The notes below the pieces were generated by a model, which was not told the origin of the DNA, searched no databases, and saw nothing but the letters and a program-made list of their open reading frames with translations. 64,000 bases of DNA, from NCBI RefSeq assembly GCF_036588685.1, contig NC_086375.1:7998001-8062000 (forward strand). The letters are read 5' to 3'. The position numbers and the translations under genes were made by a program. Of the stretch, positions 24,699 through 39,100 are shown one piece after another. The stretch's first letter is position 1; every line of letters starts with the position of its first letter. The DNA is from Mytilus trossulus. Lineage: Eukaryota.

Positions 24699-27600
24699 CT
24701 TATTAAGTCAAGCATAAGGTAACAGGATAAAACAAAAATGTTTGTCTGTATTATTACGTTTAGATATAAAAACATGTTTTTAAAGAAATAGTTCTGTATA
24801 TATAACATCAGGCTTAGGTAGTTCGAATACTTTCTATATACTCAATTCGAAATTTGTATATAGAATAAAACAGAACAGAAATTTCAAATTTCCAAATTAA
24901 AGGGTCTATAAAGAGCATATAAACAACCAGTGACGGTGCAAACTACTTTTTTTTAACTTGGCTGTCATGTGAAAAGTGTTCGGTAAACAGGAAGTGGTTT
25001 AGTGATGAATCTGAAAACGTATCACACTATATAGCCGACTTCAATAAACCTTTCAGGAATCCTTGTAATGTAGTTCAAAAAATTCAACGAAAATATTCAT
25101 GGGACGGAGGGGTGAACTGGACGTTTGGAAGGACGGACAGACAGACAGAGGCAAAACAGTATACCCCACTTTTTTTTGAAGCGGCGGTATAATGATTGGA
25201 ACAACATAAAGACTTTATAACAATAATAATATGATACAATTATCTTTACAGCACCATAAGCCTCAGTCACAATCGGAGCAAAAACAAAATAGAAAAAAAA
25301 AAAAACTATATTTCTCAAATAACAGTCAGTATCAATACATCTACTACATAGGAACTATTTTTTAACAGTACAATCGTCAGTATCCCCCATAAAAGTCAAT
25401 TTTTCTTGTGTTAACATCGAGATGTGCTAGAAATGTGCTGAAAGAGTTCCTCCCTCAAATTGTTATGAAGTGAGCATTCGATTGAAAAATGACACTCATC
25501 CTTAACTCTATCAGCTGTACATTTAGATTTTTCAATTTTTAATGTAATGGGCGAGCACTGATTCTTAACTAACATATGCACTACCTTTCTTAAAATCTAC
25601 GGAAGCGTATTACTGCCACATATTTTTTTTAATTTTACTTCATATGTTTGAGTTACAACGCAAACCTTTGTTTTATCTTATTTCTTATTTAAGATTCAAA
25701 GGAAACAGTTGTTATTTGTAGAAGAGGCTGTATATATTAAAATGTATCACTATTGTAGTCATTGTAAAGTAAAATCCTTACATAATTAGATCATATCATT
25801 GACTTCAATAATGAGCAGATTAATATAAGAAAATGTGGAATGAATGCCAAGAAGAAAATTCTTTATCTAAGCCCCACAGAAACGATATCCTTGTTACTAC
25901 TAGTATATATACATTACAAAGAAAATTGAGTAAATTGCGGTTATACGGGGAAAAAAAATTTAACCCTGCCAATATAGCTATAACCGAATATAAATATACT
26001 ACCAAAGTAAGCTCTCGTTTGTATAAAGTAGGTTGGCAAGAAATCTATATAGAATGAAGATGTTTTATTAATAAAATTATGTTCTCTCTATTTAAATTGC
26101 TATCCAATTTTCTTAAAAAATACTTCATTATATCGAAATGAAAATTCAATGACTTTCTATCAAAGAATCTTGATCATATTCTGAGATTTAAAAAAAAATG
26201 TTTCCCTATTAAAAATTCATTTTAAAGCAGAAAGATAAATTTGTCCATTTGACTTGGAGTTTCACAATTGTATGACATAATTTTGGATCTTTCAATTGAA
26301 ATATCAGTGGATATCGATAGGGGATTAATAAAGGAATCAAAAGATTTAAAAAATATACAGATCAATGTGCTTGATTTCGAGATATTAGCCATTGAAATTT
26401 TGGCGGGAAAATAGTCTCTCTTGACTTTTCTTAGCAAATCATTGACAAGTTTACATTCTCAAAACTATCAAAAAATAATTTGAATTTTATAAAACTTTAA
26501 CAGATTGCTTATCATTATACATGTAAAAGATTTATAAAATGATAAAAGGGGGTCAATACCATTTTATTAAGGCATTCAAATGAATAAAACCTGAGGTTTC
26601 CGAAAATCTGACAAAAAATCAAAAACATGGCAAGAGAACTGCAATGTACCTTAACTAACCTCTGAAGCTAAATCGAAGCTATAAATTATGGATCTTATAT
26701 ATATAAAATTTCTGAAAAAAAATGATTCTATTTATAATTAGGCTCTCGGACCAAACATAATCTTTTCAATAATCTACATGTATGATATATTTAAAAAATA
26801 AACCTACCACTCCCCCCCCTTTTTCTAACCTTCCAACCATAATATTACATTATATATTACATTTGTTGAACCTTATGAAATAAACAGAATAGACTGTGAG
26901 GTGAAGCAAAGCAGTCATATTCCAATTTGAAAATAAACACCCTATATTTATGTATTTTTTTACATAAGTTTCTATTTATGCAATTTCAGAGTGGATGTTG
27001 CTAAGGATAATATGTGTTTCCATGGTAAAAATTGAACTCAACAACACTTGACGATTGCAATTTAAAGTTTGCGCTAGCTTTTATGTATTTTTCTAATCGG
27101 CTATGGAAAATTCAGGACATTTAAGCTCTTAAACTGCAATGTTCTGCAAAAAAAAATCCGTTTCCAAGGAAAAAATCGGTTGCTATGGTGATAAAACTAA
27201 AAAAATCCCACACATTTTTCTATTAAATTTGGTAAAGTAGTATCCAAACTTCATAACTACAGTGCTAACTATTCTGTACACATTTGCACTTTTCTGAAAA
27301 ACACCAGAGAAAATGGGGTAATTCAACAAAAATCCCATTTTCAGAAAAGTTGAAAAAATGCATTTTTTTCACAAAATGTTACAAAAAAATTACAAATTTG
27401 ATTGACATACAATCTTCATCAAAATGAAGCTTAAACCATGTTCTATCAATGTTACATATGAAAATTAAAGAAAAATGCACGATTTGATTCATAATCAGGC
27501 TCTGAATTGTGGTGATTTAGCTTATTTTTGAAAGATTTTACCATGCTTAACAACCACAACATAGAGTGTCCGTTACCATGGCAACCACTTATATTTTCCC

Positions 27601-27714
27601 ACTCAAAATTATTTTTTGAGCATTTTTCATTTATTGCTTCTACTAGACCAATTATAGAAAAAATCTGAAACTTTCATGTATCACACTCTGCCTGGTTCTT
27701 ACAAAGAGCTGTAC

Positions 27715-29099
27715 TTAACTTATCCTTGTATTGATAAGGAATTTATTTTAGACACTGATGCCAGTGGCACAGGGGTGGGGGCAGTTTTATCACAAATTAA
27801 TGATGAGGACAAAGAGTGTGTTATTGCATATATTAGTCGTACTTTATCTAAAACTGAACGACAATATTGTGTAACTAGAAGGGAATTATTGGCTATTGTT
27901 TTAGCGGTAAAACATTTTCACCATTATTTATACGGAGTCAAATTTACTGTAGGAACTGACCATAGAGCCTTCAACTGGCTCAAAAATTTTAAGAACCTTG
28001 AAGGTCAACTAGCTCGCTGGTTAAAAATTTTAGGAACCTATACGTTTATTATAAAACACTGTGCTAGTTTAAAACATGGAAATGCTGATGGTCTTTCTAG
28101 GAGACCATGTGTTAATTGTAAACACTGTGATACCAGAGATGTTACTGAAGTTAGTTATCAAATAGAGAATCCAACCATAATGGCCATTTATATGTTGGAT
28201 GAGAAAGAAATCGAAGAAACACCTATTGTTACTAATTGGTTTAACAATAAGACCCCTGATGAATTCAAACAAGCCCAATTAGATAAACCTATTATTAGTA
28301 AAATTTTTACTTGGAAAAAGTCATCAGAAAAACCAAAGTGGCCGGAAATTTCCCATCTTAGTGAACACCATAAAACCTATTGGAGTCAAAGATAAAGACT
28401 TACTGTTGTTGAGGGAATCTTATTTAGAAAGTCGGAAAATACCACAACCAATGATATAAATTTACAGTATGTTTTACCATGTGCAGACCGAAACCATGTG
28501 CTTGTGTTGTTGCATAATGATCAGTTAGGGGGGCATTTAGGATTTAAACGAACTATAGGCAGAATTAGGCATAGGTTTTATTAGGCTGGGTATACCAGTT
28601 GTGTAGAAAGGTGGTGTAAGCGTTGCACTGAATGTCAGAAAAGGAACCAACCTTCCCATCATACCAGGGGACAAATGAAATCGTTGGAAAACCTATGAAG
28701 TGTGTATCGCGTGATATTTTAGGTCCAGTGACCAAAATCCAAAAGGGTAATAAATATGTCATTGTCCTGACGGATTAATTTACCAAATATGCTGAAGCAT
28801 ATGGGGTACCAGCTATAGAACCCCAAACTGTAGCAGATAAGCTTCTAGAAGAATTTATATGCTGTTATGCCCCCTACAAATACACACTGATCAGGGCTCT
28901 CAGTTTATTTCTGATGCAAATGTATAAAAAAAAAATATTGACAAGACCAGGAATAGTCCATTTCACCCCAAAATTAGGATTGGTGGATAGATTGAATCGT
29001 ACAATTGAGGATATGATTAGTAAATTTTTGCCTAAACACCAAAAGGACTGGAATCAATATTTATTGTACCTTATGATGGCCTATAGAAAACTCAAATGA
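27715..29099 (+). pseudogene. Gypsy RNase H and integrase (degenerate), continuation of 13131-14558
   Basis: FILDTDASGTGVGAVLSQ, YCVTRRELLA, TDH, NADGLSR, GHLG...CKRCTEC and HTDQGSQF, with several stops and frameshifts. Confidence 0.9.
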
Positions 29100-29419
29100 T
29101 ACCCCTTTCTGACAATAGAAAATTATAAATTTAACTCTTAATATGATGCTGTTAATGTAAGAGGAGAAAGCCAGACAAACCATGACCTTTTATGCAACTT
29201 GCACAACTATCTGTTATGTTCAGAATATTTGAAAAAAAAATGAATATCCTGTGGCCATGCACCTCTTCATTATGTGTATAAACATTCTACAAAATATTAA
29301 AGTTGTACCTCCAAAATTGTAGGAGGAGAAAGCCAGACAAACAATGTTTAACTATCTCAACTGAGGACATACAGACTAGCAGGGGTAAATAAACTCATCA
29401 TAGATGAGTGTGCATATAA

Positions 29420-29608
29420 GGGCTATTCCAGAAAAAAATGTATGGGGGGGTTGGAAGGCACATTGTATTAATAATACATGGGTGATGGGTATCAGAGCAA
29501 CTTTTCACACTATAATGCTCTATAATTCTCAATTACAATTGTCTGGGTGGCAGGTGCTGACAAAAACTGCCTTCCAACACCCCAATACATTTTTTTCTGG
29601 AATAGCCC
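29420..29608. mobile_element. PIF/Harbinger-type MITE
   Basis: TIR GGGCTATTCCAGAAAAAAATGTAT with a TAA target duplication. Confidence 0.85.
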
Positions 29609-29637
29609 TAAAGCATATTGGACTAAATTTAGTAAAT

Positions 29638-29682
29638 ACGTCAGACTCGCATTTCGTCTACAAAAGACTCATCAGTGACGCT
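29638..29682 (-). ncRNA. Type I hammerhead ribozyme (retrozyme/Penelope-associated)
   Basis: Minus strand: GCGTCA-CTGATGA-GTCT tttgt AGAC-GAAA-TGCGAG-TC-TGACGT. The core is intact, stems I and II pair, and stem III is weak. Confidence 0.7.
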
Positions 29683-30132
29683 AGAATCCAAAAAAGTTAA
29701 AAAGGCCAAATAAATTAATATCCATCAAAACATTTTTTGTGGGGGTATAAAAAGTGCATTTGGTATTTTTGATATTGCAATAAATGTCAACATTAAATAG
29801 GAGGATGTCAACATTCTACTACAAAATGATGGACTTGTCATGATAATTACACTAGTCATATCAGATATTTTTATTAATATAAACATGGTATATGTATCAA
29901 AAATTAAGTTTCTACAATAAGAAACCTACATAGAACAATATACCAAAGGAGGACTAAGCAACAAACAACAATAAGACCAGCTCTCTTTTAAACTAGATAC
30001 ACAAAACTATGGTACACTAAAGAATGATCTTTGAAAGGACTTACATTTAAAAATAAAAAAGTACATAACACAATAACATCAGAGTATTGTTTATAAATAG
30101 ATCACAGTTCTCTTTGGAGTATATTCATCTAT

Positions 30133-33100
30133 TTATTTCTTTTCTATACACATCTTCATGAAAGTTCTGAAAAAAGAAATAGAAAGATTGTTGTATCAAA
30201 ACATTTTTCATAAAACAGTGAGATAAACGCAAACAATTTGTTTATTCACTAAAGAGGTTGGTGTTCTTCAACCTATTGTTTAATATAGGTAGATCAAGTT
30301 AAGGGAGATCATTTAAAATCAGTAATGCATTTTCAAAATACATTTCCAGAATGTATTTTAAAAACATTTCTTGAAATCAAAATAAAAATTAGAGATGAAG
30401 TAAGCAAAGCTTACAAATGTTAACCCCTGGACCTTGCAAATGTAACATTGTGGTAAGAAAAAAAAAATATTGAGATTAAAATAAAAAAAAAGGTAAAAAA
30501 AAAAGCATTATCATTGTGGGAAAGTTTCAAAAATATGTAATATGCAGTTTAGGAAGAAAATATGATTCTAATTAAAAACAAAATATAATATCCATGATAT
30601 GATTGAGTGCGAGAAAGTTACCGTTTTAAAAGTTTTGATGATATAGAATTCTATGCCTTGGATAGGAAACCCTTGAAATCATTCTGATATAAAAGGAAAC
30701 AGGAGGTTCACATGAAGAATTAATTTCAGAAGAAAACATATTTTTTAAATTCAAGGGCAGATAATTATACTGAATTTTGTTATGACAATTTGTGTTTTAT
30801 TTTAATTTTTAGAGAAAATAAGGCCATTAATAAATGAATATGAATTTTCTCATTGAATCCAATTCTATTGTTAAAATTTCCAAAATAAGGAATTGCAGAT
30901 AGTTCTTACTTAAATATATACCAAAATAAGATCAAATGTCTTGGGTAAGAAATGTGCATGGAAAATTCTCAGTTTGGTAATAAGTTCATTATCTTAAAAA
31001 AAATTAAAAAAAATAGCACAGACTCTCAGAACAGATAACAGATGAAAAATGAGATTCTCTATTTAAATGCTACAGAGATGTTGAAATCTATTTCTGTAGT
31101 TATGCATCTTATAAAACTCTTCAGTTTTTTAAGTGGTCCTTGTCAAATATTTACAATGCCTATCTAAATGTACCTTCATCTGTATTTATTGAAACTTTGT
31201 GTTGATCCCACTCAATTATAATGGTAAAATTGTTTCTAATTGGTAGAGTGGGGGGCTCATTTTCGCCACACCTTTTCATGTTTTCTACACTTTATGTTCA
31301 GGTCTAAATGTTTTTGAAGTATACTGATATTTCTATATGAAGATAACTTCTTATGCAAAATATTATTAAGCTTGAAAATGTGTTTGTTTGAATATAATCA
31401 TCTGAAAAGTTTGATTAAAGGGTGTTTGAAATTTCCTGATTTTTTTGTCAATGGGGGACACATATTCGCCGTTTTTACACATCTATTTAAAACCATATAA
31501 CCGCAGCTTTAAACAACATTGATCAAATCAATTTCATTATAGATGAATCACAGATATTTCAAAGGTGTTAAGAACTGAAATTTAGGGCATTCAGTCATAG
31601 AATTACTTAGAAATTCTTCTTTGATTTCGTGTCTTTTCTTCAGGAAATTGGCCGAAAATCGTTGTCCATTTTTCGGACCTTTTCAGTAGGTGCCGCAATT
31701 TTGTCTCAGTTTTAAAAAATAATCATATTTGTTATATAATATCATTTACCAAAAACCCAAGCTATTCTAACTCCTTAACATAATTATAATACTTCAATAA
31801 GTAGTTTGTATGTATTTAACAAACTGGCAAAGATATTTTGAAAATTTTAAATAGCCATGGTATTTTGACCCCCTGCAGTATATTGAACCCCCTTCTATAG
31901 ACCTTGATTTTCAAAAATTCAAGCTATTCTAACTCCTTAACAGTATTATAAAACTTCAATAAGAAGTTTGTATGTATTTAACAAACTGGCAAAGATATTT
32001 TGGAAATTTTAAATAGCCATGGTATTTTGACCCCCTGCGGTATATTGAACCCCCTTCTATAGACCTTGATTTTCAAAAATTCAAGCTATTCTAACTCCTT
32101 AACATAGTAAAAATACTTCAATTTGTAGTTTGTATGTTTTCAACATGCTGGAAAAGATATTTTGAAAATTTTACTTAGCCATGGTATTTTGACCCCCTGC
32201 GGTATATTGAACCACCTTCTATAGACCTTGATTTTCAAAAATTCAAGCTATTCTAACTCCTTAACATAGTAATAATACTTCAATAAGTTGTTTGTATGTA
32301 TATAACATGCTGGAAAAGATATTTTGAAGAAAAAATATTTTCATGGTATTTTGACCCCCCTGCGGTATATTGAACCCCCTACCATAGACATTCAATTTAA
32401 AAAATTCCAGCTATTCTTAATCCTTAACATAGTAAAAATACTCCAATAAGTAGTTTGTATGCATTTAACATGCTGGAAAAGATATCTTGAAGAAAAAAAA
32501 ATTTCATGGTATTTTGACACCCCCCCCAGACCCTACCATGGCATATTGAACCCCCTACTATAGACCTTGAATTTCAAAAACCCAAGCTATTCTAACTCCT
32601 TAACATAATTATAATACTCCAATAAGTAGTTTGTATGTATTTAACAAATTGGCAAAGATATTTTGAAAATTTTACGTAGCCATGGTATTTTGACCCCCTG
32701 CGGTATATTGAACCCCCTTATATAGACCTTGATTTTCAAAAATCCAAGTTTTTCTAACTCCTTAACATAGTTTTAATACTCCAATAAGTAGTTTGTTTGT
32801 ATTTAACATGCTGGAAAAAGATATTTTGAAAATTTTACTTAGCCATGTTATTGTACCATGGTATATTGAACCCCCTACTATACATCTAAACCAAAGACTT
32901 TTCATGTTAAAATATCTTGCTACTGTAACTCCATAACATATTTATTATACTCCAATCAGTAGTTTGTATTTATTTTATTAGTTTAAAAAAATGTTTTGAA
33001 AATTTTACTTTTTAAAATCAAGTGAGCCATGGTAATTTGACCCCCTCCCCCTTTTTTACCATGGAGAATTAAAACTTAAAAGTCTACCATTCTATATAAA

Positions 33101-36100
33101 TATTTTAAATTTCAAAGAATTATAGTGTCCAAGCTACATGGTCTAGTTTTAATGCTTTAAGAAGTTTTTTTAATGAAATTTTGTTGGTTAAGATTTCAGA
33201 GCACTTATACCAAGCAAATATTTTTCTTTTAACCAATCATTGAAAATTTACCTCCCCTTCTTGTATAAATGATTTTTAATATTTGATTTGGGTTTATATA
33301 ATGTTAAACGTTTTATTAATCATCTAAAATGAAAAAAACAGGGGGGTTCAATTTTTCATACAGGGGGGGGTTCAATTTACCATAGCGGTATTTTGACCCC
33401 GGGGTCATTTTACCATGGGGTTCAAAATACCATATGACACCGGTATATGTCTTCCATTTCAGCCATCCTTTGAAGTTTTTACACCTCAAAATCATAAAAA
33501 GGCGAAATTGTGTCCCCAGCGAATAAGGGCACCCCACTCTACTCTTTATGTTTTGAAAAAGAAGGAAGTTACAGTGTAAACGCTAATCCTAAACCTACCA
33601 CCACAAACTATATTCTACAGTTTGAGCTTTTAAAGATATAACTACTACAACAATACATGTATTTCTTAGATCTCAACCCTCCCCCTATACCTCTAGCCAA
33701 TGTAGAAAAAACAAACACAAGCGTATAAATTCCTTCAGATCCAAAATAAAAAAAAATATTTACCTTCTACCATACTAATGACAAAAAGGCTGATAAGTGT
33801 CTCAAGGCAATTTTTGTATGGATGTTCTATAGAAAAAATAACTGGAGCCAAACAATCTATGATCTCCTAAAGATCTGCTAGTGTATACTAACATTATTAT
33901 CTATGTTACTTACCTAATAATTGAAGGTAACTCTGGATCTTTGTATATTTCACAATGTCTATATCCCAGATGTTTGTCAAATTCTTTATACACAGTAAAT
34001 GATCTTCCAACCTTTCCTTTTCTAAACTGTTCTACTTTATTATGCAACTACAAGAAAAAGTTACAATATATTAAATACAAAACTGAAAAGGTAATTTATA
34101 AGACTTTATAAAATGCCCATTTTAAATAATCAACCTCAATATGTTGAACATTTTACCAGATTTACAGAGTTTGTTTTTTTGCCCTGTTATAAATTATAAT
34201 ACAAACCTTAGATCTGTTTCAGCAGAATAAATAAATAAAACAATTCCAATAAGAGAGGAAAATATTTATTAAATGTTTCAGCTTATCAATTATTGTATAA
34301 AGATATGACAGAATTATATGAATTACCTCCCTTCCACATTGTACAGGTATTATATGGTCATCTGCAGCATGTAGTATTAATAATGGCTCATCTATTTCCA
34401 TAATACTGAAAAAGTATAAATAGAAAATAATAATTAACTGATGATTATTGGTTTTAATACATTTTATTTCTGTTTATATTGCATAATTGATGAAACAGCT
34501 TTGATATATAGAAGTATGTTTGACAACATCAGAAATTTAGGAATGATTCCTCAAACTGTAGAGTTCTCCAAAGAAATGTTTAAATTGTTATCCATAATGC
34601 AGCGAGTTTGAAATTCTTTCTAAAAATGCAAGAAATTTTCCTTACATTTGGACCACACAATATCTGTTTATTCTTTATAGCGAACGAACACCCCGTCTAA
34701 AATGGCCTACTCCAGGAGACAATCTAAAACTTATGTGTTTATGTTTGAATGCAATAGAACCACTGATACACTGGTTGTGAATTTAACCCTTTTTGTCCAT
34801 TTTTTTTGTTGGATAATACCAGGTTAATTTTATCATGCTTACTTATCTTCCGTACAGTAATCAACTACTTTCTTCATAGAGTCTATAAATACCCACTCAA
34901 ACCATGGTAAAAATCTGAAAGGCTGAAAATAATATATTATATATGAGAAGGACTATTTATAAAAGCAAAATATTGAAATAATCTTTTCCTAATAGCTGTC
35001 AGTTTGGATTAATTTGATCAAAAACATCACAAATGTATTTTTGGCTTGCAAGTCAATAATTGAACTAGTATTCATGTCTCTCTGACTTGACCATTTGTTA
35101 ACAGTAAGAGGTGGGTTACACATCCACTAGCATGTTCAGTTAAACAGAATATCAGCATTGAAAATATATGGAATTTTTGTAATAATCTGAAACCATAAAC
35201 GAATGGAGCATAATTAACAGACTTTTAAATTTCAATTATTTAAATCTTTAATTTACAGACAATAATTGCATATGACCCAAGTTAACTTACCAAGGACATT
35301 GGATGTCGCCTTGAGGCATCCCATAAATTGTTGAAGGGTGATTCTAGAATAAGACCATCAACACTTTCTCCTATAATTTAAATCATATAAACAACAAGAG
35401 TGCACACGATGACATGTCTCGCCTTCTTTACTAATCATAGATATTATGTTGATAGACCAAATATAAAGCTTTATTACATTAAATTAATGGTACCAATTTT
35501 CTTGCACCAGACCTGTCACATAAACTCAACATTAACCAAGAAAACGAAACATTGATCAATGAACCATGAAAATGAGGTCAAGGTCAGATAAACCATGCCA
35601 GGCTGACATGTTCAGCTAACAATTCTTCAATACATCAAATATAGTTGACTTATTGCTTATAAATTCAGAAAAACAGACCAAAACACAAAAACTTAACACT
35701 CAGCAATAAGCCATGAAAATGAGGTCAAGGTCAAATAAAACCTGCGTAACAGACATATATATCATAAAATATTTCCATACACCAAATATAATTGACCTTA
35801 TGCATAAAGTATCAGAAAAAAATGAAAAATAGACCAAAACTCCAAAACTTAACTTTGACCACTGAACCATGAAAATGAGTTCAAGGTCAGATGACACCTG
35901 TCAGCTAGACATGTACACCTTAGAATCATTCCATACACCAAATATAGAAGACCTATTGCATATAGTATAAGAAAAACAGACCAAAACACAAAAACCTAAC
36001 TATTAAACCACTGAACCATGAAAATGAGGTCAAGGTCAGATGACACCTGTCATCTAGACATGTACACCTTACAATCATTTCATACACCAAATATAGTACA

Positions 36101-39100
36101 CCTATCACATATAGTGTAAGAAAAACAGACCAAAACACAAAAAACTTAATTATAACCACTGAACCATGAAAATGAGGTCAAGGTCAGATGACACCTGCCA
36201 GTTGGACATGAACACCTTACAGTCCTTCCAAACACCAAATATACTAGACCTATAGCTTATAGTATCTGAGATATGGACTTGACCACCAAAACTTAACCTT
36301 GTTCACTGATCCATGAATTGAGGTCGAGGTCAAGTGAAAACTGTCTGACAGGCATGAGGACCTTGCAAGGTAAGCACATACCAAATATAGTTATCCAATT
36401 ACTTATAATAAGAGAGAATTTAACATTACAAAAAATCTTAACTTTTTTTTCAAGTAGTCACTGAACCATGAAAATGAGGTCAAGGACATTGGGCATGTAA
36501 CTGACGGAAAGTTCGAAACATGAGGCATCTAAAAACAAAGTATGAAGCATCCAGGTCTTCTACCTTCTAAAATATAAAGCTTTTAAGAAGTAAGCTAAGG
36601 CCGCTGCCGCCACCACCGTAGCCGCCGCCGCTGGATCACTATCCCTTTGTCGAGCTTTCTGCAACAAAAGTTGCAGGCTTGACAAAAATCATTCTTTATA
36701 TAATTCCAAAAAGTTGTAGTCAGAAAAAAAACTGTTATTTTGCATCTAGTGTTCCATTTTATTTTTTATTGGCGTCTTTTACAGTTAAAAGACAAAATTG
36801 CAAATCTTAAAGGTTATCTTGCTAAAAAAATCAAATTTAAATTGTGTAACATCATAAAAGTTACAATTGTGTTTAAGTGTAAGTGGTATTTTATGGCTGA
36901 CTATGTGGTATGGGCTTTGTTCATTGTTGAAGGCTGTATGATGACCTAAAGTTGTTAATGCCTGTGTCATGTTGTCTCATTGGCAATCATACCACATCTT
37001 CTTTTTTATATTTATTATTTATTAAAAATATATTTCTATTTTACATGTCATGAAGCCATTTGAAACAAACTATGTCAGACCTTTATCTGTGCCTATGAAA
37101 CTAATAAATAAATCTGCAAGGTGATCCATGAAGATTAGCTACCTTGAAATGCTGATGCTTTCCAGATTTGTCATTCCAGTTATTGGATTGGATTCACCAC
37201 ATGCCAGGCATTACTTTAAAATGCCTATAAATACCTTAAATGATTTCACAAACTCATAAGCAAGAGTCACTAACACAATTTGTCAAACTAAATCTCTATA
37301 AACCCAAAATTTAGATATTGATTGCATAAGTAATTACATACCTTTTTGATTTAAGTGTTTAAGTAGATTGGTACTAATTCTGTAAACAGAAATGTAAAAT
37401 TTTATCATATCCAGTTTCACATCATGGAAAGATAAGATATCAAATCCCAATTTTTATTTCAATAAAACTCAATAAACAGCTGTTCCATAACAGCATACAT
37501 ACTAAGAATGGGTAGGTGACTGTAGGATTCAAATACTGTAAACCAACATATTTTCGCAAATACTTTATTTGGCGTTTAACCCTTTCTAGTCCACCTCGCC
37601 GCTATTTAATTTCGGGATTTTCCAATTTCCAAACTTATCGCGAAAATAAGTTGGTTTACAGTATATTATTGTGTGTATGTGAAAATGTGAGTGAATTTAT
37701 GAAATTGCTTTTATAGGTGTTTAACCAATTTTTAATGTGTCTTCCATATATGTTTTATTAGATCAGCAAAGTATTTTTTTCAACAACCATTATATTAATT
37801 CTATAATTTTTATTATCATAGCTTACTTACTTATCAAGCATAGTTTATAAAAATACAAACAGTTGTCTTATTATAATATGCCAAAGCTCTCAACCAAACC
37901 AAGTCAAGTAAATCTAAATTACCTTCTAAACTGCCTTCAATAGTTATCAAAGGTACCCGGATTATAATTTAGTACGCCAGACACGCATGTCGTATACATT
38001 AGACTCATCAGTGACGCTCATATCAAAATATTTATAAAGCCAAACAAGTACAAAGTTGAAGAGCATTGAGGATCCAAAATTCCAAAAAGTTGTGCCAAAT
38101 ACAGCTAAAGTAATCTATGCCTGGGATAAGAAAATCCTTAGTTTTTCGAAAAATTCAAAGTTTTCAACACCATATTATCAAAAATGGAAGAAAACCATAA
38201 AGAAAAAAAACCAGAAGGCAACCTAAAACATAAGAATTTAATACTTACGCTGACCCTAAAGAATGTCCCCATATATACAGTGGGACTTTATCAGATCTGT
38301 CACGTATCCATTTATATGTTCTATATGTATCTTCTAATACACCCTCTTCTGTGGGGGTTCCTGAGGAATCTCCAAAACCTGTAAAATTGTAAAACTTAAA
38401 TCAAAACTTGTTATTTACTGTGTCTTTTAATGATCTGTTCACAATGGTAATTGCATGATTTCTTTCACTAAATTGGAACAATGTAAAATTCTAAAACAAA
38501 TTGTTTATTAAACCTGGTTTGACTTCTTTGTCTCTTAGAATTATATCATTTGATTTAAGTTTTAGGTTATTTGTAAGTCATGTATAATAAACCCTAGTAT
38601 AGTAAGATACAAATTCTTGGTCCCTCCATAAAACATTTCTGACATTTTTTGTTCTAATACTTTCTTGGCTTTCAAATATTTGTCATTGAACATTCCTGTC
38701 ACGCTTACAAAAAATCGGCAATCCAACGTCACACTTAGACCCCAATGAGACCCACTTGAAGGTAATCCAGAAAAGCATTTCGGGTGATCATGCATGAAAG
38801 TTAAAAGGCATTCTGTTCTTCTTTTTATTCACCTTTTCTCAGTCATAGCTTCCATTTCAAGATTTATAAATGGCAAAAAAAGTTTTGCTATTCTACTTCC
38901 TCTTTGAAATAATATAATTACCTCTATAATCTATGGCTATCACATGAAAATTCATAGAAGACAAAACTTTGTATAACTCTATTCTGTGTGGCTGTGCTCT
39001 GCAAAATTTTACAAAAAACATTGAATTGAAAATATAAAATCAAAAACACAGTCTTTAAAAGAGAATAAAAATGAATAAATAACATAATTAAAACATGTTT

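Larger units (their letters stand above)
14563..27714. mobile_element. 13.15-kb non-autonomous DNA transposon with ~850-bp TIRs and TTAA target duplication (Kolobok/piggyBac-like)
   Basis: TTAA at 14559-14562 and 27715-27718. 14563-~15400 is an imperfect inverted copy of ~26885-27714. Removing the element rejoins the Gypsy pol (...IL|TYP...). Confidence 0.85.

Noticed and set aside
27676-27714. N-terminus of the 239-aa ORF
   Set aside because: It derives from the transposon TIR fused by chance to the Gypsy RNase H.
35700-36159. Hydrophobic short ORFs (also 49405-49602)
   Set aside because: Chance translations of Helentron internal tandem repeats.
38667-38790. Possible third hammerhead-type repeat (cctg...tgaaggtaatccagaaaagc)
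   Set aside because: The core is interrupted by about 58 nt and is too degenerate to call.
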